NCBI RefSeq assembly: GCF_963676685.1
Contig: NC_092347.1
Location: forward strand, 11,532,001-11,596,000
Length of the DNA stretch: 64,000 bases
Direction: 5' to 3'
Source of the DNA: Mytilus edulis
Lineage: Eukaryota
Below are positions 39,401 to 51,400 of this stretch, piece by piece (positions within the stretch are counted from its first letter, which is position 1; the number at the start of each line of letters is the position of its first letter). Under the pieces are notes generated by a model that saw only the letters and a list, made by a program, of their open reading frames with translations, ran no database searches and was not told the origin of the DNA. The translations under genes and the position numbers were made by a program.

Positions 39401-42400
39401 TTATGTATTAACAGAAACAATATAAACCTTTTTGTCAAGACACTGAAAGTCTTTTTTCGAAAATCAATCCTTTTGAACAATATTTTCAACGTGAAATATA
39501 ATTAAGTGTAATATGGTATGATCAAATAAGTCCAAATACGGATACAACTGTACGTGTACAAGTATTTCTGGATGAAATTTCAACTGTTAATATTTTGACA
39601 GACTTTGGAATCCATAGACAAATAGTTGAGCGTTACATTGACCGAGTGGAAAACACTTTGTTGTCTTCATGTTGCAAATGATTTTCGCCTCAGAATATTT
39701 TTTTGTGTTGTATGACATTATTGACCTTTGATATTCGTTTACAAAAGCTACCAAAAGCACATTTTCCGAATGGATTATTTCATTCGTGCTAGATACTTTT
39801 ATTTGCCACATCGAGAATATATAAAGACTTAAGTCTTTGAATAGATGAAATGCATTGCGTTAGCCGTAATCGTGTACTTGGACGGATAATACACACACTA
39901 ATATTTATTTAAACTAAAACAAAAAAGACACCGCGAAAAGATAGTTTCAAGTATAGTTTCTTGTAATTGCAAAGAAAAACATTTCAGTGTTTATTTGACA
40001 ACTTTAATAGTTGCACTAGGGTGTTATTTTCTGGCTGTTTCTATAATAACACTATCATAACAACTTGAATGCGCTTGATCACATGAGATAAAAAAAAAAG
40101 TCAACCTTATTTGTGTTAAATAAAATCAATATATTTATAATACATGTTTCCTGAAAACTTAAATACTTCATTTTTAAGAAAACACTTCTCTGTAATGGAA
40201 TGGCAGCCGCTAAGACTGATTTTCAAGGCGTATTTAAGGTAAGTGCATTAAATTCATAAAAATAGAAGGATTTGAGAGTCTTCGTTTAATTTTTCAGTAG
40301 TAAAGGTTGTCTCCCTTGTAATTTTTGAAGACTTTTTCCCGTTCTTGAGTTTAAATTAATTCTTCAGTATATTTGTCCTATGTGTATAACAAAGGAAATA
40401 TCTTCTTTTTTCGCTTATAGATATATTAAAATTCATATGCAATATTTAGATTGTTTTTTATGCTGTTTGTTTCCTTCTGGAGGTCGTTTGGTGCATTAAC
40501 TTTGTAATTTCACAGACGTTTGAGAAATGCAAATGTATCTCTATTTAGTGATATCTAGAAAAAATATTAGCTATAATAATATTGCTCTAAGGTATCAATT
40601 TGTTTTATGAGCTGAAAAATAATATTTGTACAAATACAACATCCTTCTGCTTTTAAGTTGTCAAAGAGGGACGAAAGATACCAGAGAGAGAGTCAGACTC
40701 ATAGATTTAAAATAAACTGACAACGCCATGGCTAAATATATAAAACAAGCAGACAATTAATAGCACAGATGACACAACATAGAAAAATAAAGACTAAGCA
40801 ATACGAACCCCAGGCCTTCAATGCATAAAACTTTGCTCAGTGCTCGGAGCACAAAAATTATGCTCGAAATGCGAAATCCAGCAATTTGATTGGTTGATTC
40901 TTGAGTACGAGTACAATCAATCGTGCTCGAAAGTTTTATGACCGCAAGGACAGGTCATCTCTTTTGTCATAAAGTTTTGTTTTCAACCGACCCTCTTTGT
41001 CAACTTCTAGATGATAGTCACGCTATGAGGCCGACTTAACTGTATATGTAGCATCCTTTATCTCTAGTTCGATGGGATAGATTTGTTCAGCATAGTCACC
41101 AAATTTTGTATTATTTAGTTAGTGAACATTATCTGTATAGCGGAACGTAAAGTTAAAAGATATTGCTAAAATCTTATCTTTCTTCCTAAGAAGTTCCTGT
41201 ATGAAGTCAGCCTCATAATAATAAAGAAACAAGTCGGCAATCAGAGGGGCACAATTGGTTCCCATTGAAATTCCGACAGTCTGTTGAGAAACACGTCCTA
41301 CAAACGTAACACATATGTTGTCAATCAAGAAATCAAGCATCTTGATAATGTCAGTTTCAGAGAATTTTTTGTTTGAATCAGAGTGATTCTTTACAAAGTG
41401 CGATATATCCCTCTCAAATACAAGATACTTGTATCTACGCTCGCCATTCTTTCTAATGAAACAAATAATACCAACTCTTTCAATTTGTCTTTTAGTTTGG
41501 AATGGGGAATACTTGTGTAAAGTGTAGAAAAGTCAAATGATTTAATACTTTTGCAAGATGAGAGAGTCAGTCTTTGATTGTATGTGCTCTAAAAGATCTT
41601 TGGAAATTTTTAGTATCCACATCTGATTCACGCCACCTCTAGAATAGGCAGTTTCACAATAACTTTGGAGCCCGACTTTCATTGCTGATAAAATAGATGT
41701 TGATGATTTAGAAAGAAGTTTCGTTGAGCACTTGGAAGACCAAGCAATATACCGTTCTTTGTAAGGACACATATGTAGTTTAGGTATCCAATACTGTGAC
41801 GGAAGATCCAGTTCTTCATCCTTGGTTGAAATTCCAAACGAACATAGAACAGACTTATGATTAAGTGTTTATTCAGCATCGATATGATTATAAAATTAAA
41901 TCCTGATAAAAAGCCAATGATGTTGCAGCATAATATGTTTTAGTTTTTTTTTTATTTCTTTATTTTTGAAACGTGATAGAAAATTTTGTTAAAATTATTA
42001 TAGCATCCTGAATTTCTTATTTGGATTTCCAATATGAAATCTTACACTTTACTATAGCTTTACCTAGAAAAATCTAACCTGTATTCGTATCCCCTCAATT
42101 CAGATTCAGCATTTTTTAAGCGATTCTAAGAATATTAACCGTATATTATTATTGATGGCGTTTCTATAATTATTTAATTTGAGTTATTGTTTTAGTAGGT
42201 ATTTTCCTTATATTTGCTAACAATAAATCTGGTTTTGCAAAAAAATATATACATTTTCTGCACGTAGTTTCACAGCATTGTTCCATTAAAAAAAAATACA
42301 GACAGCATTGAAATGCCATGTATAAATCTGACAATACTAAAAAAATATATAGAAACTACCTTGATTGCAACTTGACTTTCAGAAGCAGCAAGATTTTTGT

Positions 42401-45400
42401 TATTATTTTAGCATTTCTTTCTGGCAAATTGACCAATCGAAATCTTTACATAGACACAGTCAGCGTTATACTTTAATTAAGAATTGAATGCTTCTTTTTG
42501 TAGCTTTATTGGGGTGTAAAAGCGTTGACCGAAGTGCATTTTGTAAGAAAGAGGGACGAAAGATACCAGAGGGACAGTCAAACTCATAAATCGAAAATAA
42601 ACTGACAACGCCTGGCCAAAAATGAAAGAAGACAAACAGACAAACAATAGAATACATGACACAACATAGAAAACTAATGAATAAGCAACATGAACCCAAC
42701 CAAAAACTGGGGGTGAACTCAGGTGCTCCGGAAGGGTAAGCAGATCCTGCTCCACATGTGGCACCCGTATGAAGCGCGATATCGCTTTACTCTAAACATG
42801 TGCACACGGTAACGCTTTTACAACCCTGTGATATAAGTAAAAGAAGCATCAACTATTTATTATTACATTTGTTCGTTATGATCATGAGAACACGATTACT
42901 ATTAAGTTTTTCTTTTATTCACCTGTGCACTTAACTGTAGAAGCATGTGTCAACATGAATGTTACAATTAATGTTTAAATGAAGGTCGATTTCAGAATGA
43001 CCAGAGAATAATGTTAGCCAATCGGAATAACGTTTTATAATAAAACATACATCTAATGTAACTATAAAAAATTTAATTTCAGATACTCGTAAATGAATTT
43101 AAGTCAAAATGGGAAATTTATTTATTTATTTCAGTGGGCATCAAAAAGAGCTGTTGAAACATTACAGAAAGCGTACAAACTTAAAAAAGGAGAATATGAT
43201 TTGAAATGCATTGACGAAATAATTGGCATCTTAAATAAAATAATAGTAGATACTCCTCCTACCGAAATTTTTTCGAAAAAGGAAAGAGAATTTAGAGAAA
43301 ATTGGAAGATACTGACCAATGAAAAACACAAGGAGACAATATCTGATGAATTATCTATCATAACCGTATTAACGAGTAAAATGTGTATTTTAGCTAGTAG
43401 AAATATTTGTCAATCACTGCTGGAATATCCAAAAAGTATGTCTATTACCTACTTATATTTCTTGTTTATATTAATGCAAATATCTGTTATATATGTCAAT
43501 AGTACCGTTTAAAAATAATAATTGAGATAATATATATAATATATATATATATATATATGAGTCTGAAAGATTGTGTAACAATACCGATAAATAGATGGAA
43601 AACAAAACACTAAAAGGTGTTGAATATCATTGCACTTTTTAGTGTTTTGTTTTCCATCTATTTATCGGTATTGTTACACATTCTTTCAGACTCATATAAT
43701 TTTTCCTGTTTGTGTAGTACTGTCAATTTTGATGATCCAATACCTATTAAGTTTACTGGTTGGTAGATTCTTATAGACTCTATATATATATATATATATT
43801 ATCTCAATTACAACTCGTCTAAACATCAACCCGACAATGTTAGATCTGTAAATTTGCTTTCGCAATTTTTTTGTTCTTTTCTCGCCGGGATTCGAACCCA
43901 TGCTACTGAGATATCGTGACACATAAACGCCTGCACTGTAGACGTCCCGCTAGACCACACGACCACCTAGTCTTCACTAAAGCTTTCGGTGGCCGTGTGT
44001 TACCTTACCTTTAGCGTCGGACTACAGTACATGATATATAAGGCATGGAGATGTTATTGTTACAGATCAGCTCAATTATCCATAGTAAAGGATCCTACAA
44101 ATTAATGCAAGATGCAGTCACAAAAGATAATTATATTCATAAGTACGCCTGAGTCAGTGACAACTCTACAAAAGATTTATCCATCGGATCATAAGCAATG
44201 ATGGTGATACATGGCTGTGTACATTATGTATATACAACTCGTCTGAACATCAACCTAACAATGTTAGATCTGTAAATTTGATTTCGCAAATTTTCTTTAT
44301 ATATACGAGTCTTAATTGAAAACTACGTTCAAACCTATGATTGCGTTGGATAAAAACCGCAATTTTTATACGTGTGCATGTAAAACAAATTTCGTTGTAG
44401 AAGGGTCTAAAACAGTACAAACAACATTTTCCAAAAGACCGAAAAGGTGAATTACTATATTAAAACAAAACGCATTTGACTATCAGGTCGAACAACTGAT
44501 GTTCTTTAACCCTGCTGCGACTGCCATTGGCGATTGCCAAATAAAATTGATCACAAGATGTAATAAAATGGATCTTAATATAAATTTAATACTAAACAGA
44601 AAAAAAAATGAACTTGTTGCCACGATGTTATGCCGCAAACATACGGTGTTAATATTTTTTTAGTACACCAGATCCGGATTTCGACAATAAATGTTTCTTC
44701 AGTGGTGTTAGGGATCAAAACGGTATTTGGAAAGCCATATAAAAAGTACCCTCATTTTTAGATAGACTCTTGAATTTTAAGAGTCAATATAGGAGGAACG
44801 GATCATATAAACCGGAGGGAAAATATGATACAAGCCCAAACGAAAAAATATAAACGAGTCTAAATTGAAAACTACGTTCAAACCTATGATTGCGTTGGAT
44901 AAAAACCGCAATTTTTATACGTGTGCATATATATATATATATTTGCGAAAGCAAATTTACAGTTCTAACATTGTTGGGTTGATGTTTAGACGAGTTGTAT
45001 ATACATAATGTACACAGCCATGTATCACCATCATTGCTGGTGATCCAATAGATAAATCTGTTGTAGAGTTGTCACTGACTCAGACGTTGTTACAAATACA
45101 ATTATTTTCTGTGACTGTAACTTGCATTAATTTGTAGGATCCTTTACTAAAGATAATTGAGCTGATCTGTAACAATAACATCTCCATGCCTTATATATCA
45201 TGTACTGTAGTACGACTCTAGATTAAAACTTACGAGTAAAGGTAACACACGGCCACATAAAGCTTTATTATTGTGAAGCCAAGGTGGTCGTGCGGTCTAG
45301 CGGGACGGCTACAGTGCAGGCGATTTGGTGTCACGATATCTCAATAGCATGGGTTCAAATCCCGTAGAGGGAAAAAAAAATAAAAAAATCTACAGATCTA

Positions 45401-48400
45401 ACATTGTTTGGTTGATGTTTAGACGAGTTGTATATATATAGATTCTACCTCTGCATGTAGTGTTATGCGATATTTATCCACTCGAGACAGTTAAACATTT
45501 AAAATTTAACTGTCGAAAGTGGATAAATATCGTATTACACGAGATTTCGTGGTGGAATCTGTTCCTCTAATGATTTTCTAACATTATGCAGGCAAACTTA
45601 TTCCTTCTTTTCGAATGATCTGCAAAAAGATGTGTTCTTTCTATGTGACGTCATCAGGCCTGGTCGCCTTTTTTCATGCCGTTACAATAGAAAATTCAGA
45701 GGAAAGCAAGAAAATTCGACGTCATAATCGGATTTTAACTAATGAAGTACTGAGATCAAACGAACCACACGTTGATTATTTTTTTTATACAATGGTGCAG
45801 AAAGGAATAAATGGACGAAGAATATAAAGTGCCTATATATATATATATAATGTCTAAAAATAGCAACAATCAACATTCAAGCTATTTAAGCGTGGATCAG
45901 TTGTGAAAATAAACTGATACAGTTACTGAATTAAAATTATATAAATGTCTAAGAATTTAACTTAAACACGCTAATTAATACATTAAAAAGTTCTACTAGA
46001 TTTTAAATAAAAATACGCAATATTTCGCTAAACAAGTAAGCTTCATCAGGAGTGTGCATCTCTCGAGGTGAAATCGAATGCATGACAAAAAAATATTTTT
46101 GTAGCTTTTACCTGTTTACCTGTACTGCAACTCCCTCTTATGTCAGGAGAACCACCAATCCTAAAACCGGCGTAATATCTACTCACACAGTTAAAATCCT
46201 CTGGATTATGTTTAAAAGATAAAACTTTTAAAACTATAAAAGAGATATTAATTATCTCCTCTGGGGGACGTGACCCTATCACCATTATTTACACTATTCT
46301 GATATACACTAAAAGTCGTCCATCATTCAAATATAAAAGTTGCTTCTTTCATATTAAAACGGTAAAATGTAAATACACTATATACAAAAAATGTTTTATC
46401 TTTAGGTATGTCCCTTCTTTTCAGCTCGGTATTTCACGCTTTTGATTACTGTTCGATTAGTATTGCTCGTTGCTGGAATAGTTTATGAAACATACTTCTC
46501 GATAATGTTTCTATTCTATTCTGTGCATTCTCATTTAAAAATCTAATTTTTGAGCAGTCGGTAACTAGCTGACACAAATGTTCGTCATTGGTTATTAATA
46601 TAATATAATATAAATAAATGTTTTGGTTGTTTTTGTGTTTTGTTGAAATACATATGAGATGTGACTTATACTGACAGGAATTTTAAAGAAAATTAAAGAG
46701 CTGAAGGAAAAATAAACTTTAATCGGTATTTAAAAAAAAACCTCTTATCGAATGATTCGGTATTTTGGGGTAGGAGCATGGCACTTGAAAGACACGATAT
46801 GCTTATAATTGACATTTTGGATATTAGATAAAATAAAATAGCCTTTTTTATGGAGACCTATAATAAAAAACATAATTTTTTAAGACTCTTTGAGGGTTCA
46901 TAGATAATAGTTAACAGGGACAAATATGTTATTAAATGTATTCCTTACCATGATTATGCTCACTTTTGAGATTAATCTGACTACGAAATTAGCCTTTCTG
47001 TATGTTACATTGTCGTTTGTGTTTTGTCTGCACTTCATTGTTCTGTTGTTTCGTTGTTTTCCTCAGATTTATTTTGGAACACTGATTTGTTTTCTCTCAA
47101 TCGATTTATGACTTTTAAACAGCAGTATACTACTGTTGCCTTAATTTATCGATCGTTTGCATTTATTGTAGTGCCGTGTATCTGTTGTTCGTTGGTTTTC
47201 TCTGATTGTTTAAGTTTAATTTTCAATATCAATTATATCTTGTGTATGGTCATTTTTATTAATTTCCTGTTTACAAAAGTATGAAATACTAAGGTTTTTC
47301 TTATCTCGGGCATAGATTACCTTAGCCGTATTTGGCAGAACTTTTAGAATTTAGGGTTCTCAAATCTCTTCAACTTTGTACTTGTTTGGATTTATAACTA
47401 TTTTAATCTGGGCATCACTGATGATCCTTATGTAGACGAAACGCGCATCTGGCGTATTAGAATAAAACATTAGAAAACAATTTTAGATAAATTTGCGTTT
47501 TTCAACACTTCATTTATTCATTCTTGGTTTAGATTGAACATTAAAATACACAGTAGTGGAACAGTTGGTAAATTGTAATGTGACTTATTTCCATAACAAT
47601 ATATACATGGAAAATTGAAAAAAAACAGACTTTTGGAAAACGGTAAAGATTTGCTAACTCTATATTTTAGGGAGTCAAAGAGTTAAAATTTGAAAACAAA
47701 TTATGTTATTTTTGTTATAATTACAATACTTGTCAAAAAGGTCAGAGCTACTATCAGCTAATCAACCATGACCTGTCCCTTAACCGACAAATACTTGCAA
47801 ATTGTTTATCAAATAATTATTATTTTGATTCCAGTTTCGGAAGACTCCCTTTTTTTCTTTTGTAATCACTTTTTTTATGTACAGGTACCACTATAGATTG
47901 GGAGAGCAATAGTTCATATGAGGATTTGTTGCTCTGGGCAATTCTGGAAAACAGACCAAATCTGGCTTCGATTTTCTGGATGAAATCTCGAAATCAATTG
48001 CGTAAGTCATTCTTTATTCATTATTTTCAGTTTCACGTCATTTTTCCATTAAGTTGTAAAAAAAAAAAAAAAACGGTACCAATTTTATTGCACCAGATGC
48101 GCATTTCGACAATACATGTCTCTTCAGTGATGCTCGTGGCCAAAATATTTGAAATCCAAAGCTTATATTAAAGATGAAGAGCAAAATAGCCCTTTAAACA
48201 TACCTTTAACAATCTTGATGATAATATAAACCTGTTTTGATAATTCAGCCATCATGAACAATAATTTTACTGCACAATAAGTTGCATAAGTGAAGCACTC
48301 GTTGAAGCCAAAATATTCGGCACCTCATTTGTGACTGTGTATCGCTTCGCTACCTCATTTAAAATGGCAAAAAAGTGACCCATATTATACATAGGCAAGA

Positions 48401-51400
48401 TCAGAATCCGCTTGATTTGCAACAATGTAGTATGTTTTTAATTATCGTGATCATTACAATACGTAAAGGTAAAAATAAATATTTCATTAACTATATATTA
48501 AGTATTTATTTCAGTTTGTGCTCTGCTTGCTAGTTGTCTATACAGTAAAATGGCTTACAAAGTCAAAAGCACAAAAGATCAGTCACGATATGATGATATG
48601 AGAAAACAGGCCAGGTAAGAAAATGTCCAGAAACCAATAAGTAATACGCGTCTGGCGTTTTAAATTATGAGCCTAGTACCTTTCATAATTATTGGAACAC
48701 ATTTATCGTAATCTGTAATCCAGATATTACTTTTTTAACTGTCGACTCATTCGTGATGTCGTTCGTAAATTTTCAAAGGGATGGTTTCATCTTAATCATC
48801 ATCGAGAAGATTTGTTTTTCCTTAACAATAGAACGTGATTAAAAACGTTCAGCTAATTTTACAGAGTTATCTCCCTGTACTGTTATGTACAACCTTTTAC
48901 AGATATAAAGGTGAAACTCCAAAATATGACAGACGAAGAGCAACAAAAACGAAATAAACAAAGGTTCGAAATAATTATCAGTATTTTATAATTTTCTAGG
49001 ATCTATATTTTCAAGAGAGTAGACAATTTGTTGTTAAATTAAACCAAAAAATTAGCAGAAAATTAAAGCAACACTGTTTTTTGAGAGATACAGACCGTAC
49101 AGAAGTATCAAATTTTCAACGTCTTTAGAAGAAACACAACCTTCCACAATCAATCTACATCGAATTTATATTCCATCTTTACTTGATGGTTCTCATTTTA
49201 TGTTCATCACTTTGATATACATTGTGTCCAGCAGGGATGTAATATATAAGCAGTCATTTCTTCTTAAAGAGAATTGGCATTGTTTATCAAAAGGAAAAAG
49301 ATGTTAGAGCTCCTACAATTCATTAAAACAAAAACCCTAGGGGTATCAATTTATATATTTTGTTTATTGACTCCAAGGATTTACGAAGAAAGAAGTGTGT
49401 ACCTCCAATCAAAATTATATGAGGAAAATGCTGCACTTGCAATGGAACTTGTTGTGACTGAATTTTCTGTTTGGGACATCACAATCAGTCCTCTGGAGTG
49501 CGCACACGAAAATATGATGCTTGATTTCATTTCGCAATCCTGTTGCCAGAGACGTTTAAACAAGATATGGTACAATGACATAGGTGGGTCACTGAAAGGT
49601 GTTTTAAAGGTAAGTTAATTTATACAGTAGTAATATACATTGTATACCCCTTTGAAATCAAACCATTGTATATGTAAGTTAAACAAAGTATTCTAAATAT
49701 AAAATGTTATTAAACATCTTAAAAGATGGACAAAAAGCTTATTTTCTTTCTAGAAATATATTGGTTTTAGTTCTTATAACATGTTTTTTTTTAACAAATT
49801 GGGGTTTCCTGCCATTATAACGCATGGTCAAAAGGTCACCCTATGTATTTAGGTCTGTCTATCCGTCTGTTTTCTTTTTATCTGTCCGTCTCGTATCAGG
49901 CTAAGGTTTTAAATGACGTAGTTTACCATAAAGTTGTATATAAACTTGTAACAAAACATATATTAAATTCGGATTCGAAAAATACAAATTGCGATTTACG
50001 GAACATTTAAATTTGAAAGTGCAAGCCGAGTGTCGGTCTGTGGGCATATCTGCTCGTGTTTTGTTTTTTACCTAGATTCAGATACTGCATATGTACTTTT
50101 TACGGGAGTTATTATTTTTGCGATTTTGATGAATTCGCCTGTATTTCATTTTTCAATCATTTCCAATAAAATAGGAACAGATAAAACAAACTTATGATAC
50201 TTAAAACTTTCATTAATTTTCGTTTATTTTAATATTTGAATTATGTAGAAAGGATTGTTGAATGGTTGTTGTTTCTGTTTCGACACGGACAATGAACATG
50301 ATGAAAGTAAACTTCGCAAATTCGTTTGTTCGCCATTGGCAAGGTTCGGTCTACATTATGTGAGTAAGATCTTAATTATTATCATTCTTGTTTCATTATG
50401 CATAAATGTAAGACTTATGAATTTGATATCGGAATCTATTGATGAGTGAACAAAATCTACAAGATTAAGTAAGGAAAATAAACTCCGTTTATACCCTAAG
50501 TATAAAAAAGAAGATGTGATATGATTGCCAATGAGACAACTCTCCACAAGAGACCAAAAATGACACAGAAATTAACAACTATAGGTCAACGTACGGCCTA
50601 GATGTCTATATCTGTATTTAAAACAGATCTTCCGAAGTATCGGTTTCAAAATCTCTGAATCTTCTAATTTGATTTTAACTTTCAACTATCAACTAATCCA
50701 CAGTCATTTTGCGTGTTTTGTAAACACGAAATATTCGTCCGTAAAACCAATGATAGGCTTGGTATCGAATAATTGTTTGTATACATTTTAGCCCCTGTTG
50801 ATTTGGGAATAATGTTGAAATTGGTTCTACTTGTTTATTCTGGTTTTTTTTGCAACTATTTAGTAGCAATACGCTTTAATTTACAGGATTGGAATTCAAT
50901 CAATTTGTTTAACAACTTGATAGTATACTGCTGATCTGTTGAAATATCAATTTAGTTTTTGACAATGAGACGTGTAAACTAAAACGTTAATATCCTTATG
51001 GAATCTGCGAAAAACGCAGCTTCTGCTAGGCCCCACTTGTCATAATAATCCAGGGCCAAAAATTAGGAGTAATATAGTTATAAAACAAAGCTTCTATAAT
51101 TAAAAGTCAATAAGACATATCCAAGTGAAATAAAATAAAATCAAAGAAAAACTATCATATGAAGAAATGTGTTTCCTTGTGTATATATATCATGCATTCT
51201 TATTTATTAAGTATTTAGTTGAAATAGTTCCCTATCTTTTACAACAACCTTATTTCGTGCTTCAGATGCATGTTAGGAAATGAAGAAGTCGATAGGAAAA
51301 CTTTTGGGTGTCGTTTGTTCATGTTGTTTGAAACCTGTTTCTTATAACATATCATTATTCGACACATTATCTGAAATATCTGAAATATTAACAGTTTAAC

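Noticed and set aside
45278-45370. Functional tRNA-Leu gene
   Set aside because: No proper acceptor stem or anticodon arm; part of a repeat, so treated as a tRNA-derived promoter.
45630-45660. CTGATGA...GAAA on the minus strand as a hammerhead
   Set aside because: No stem II or stem I pairing.
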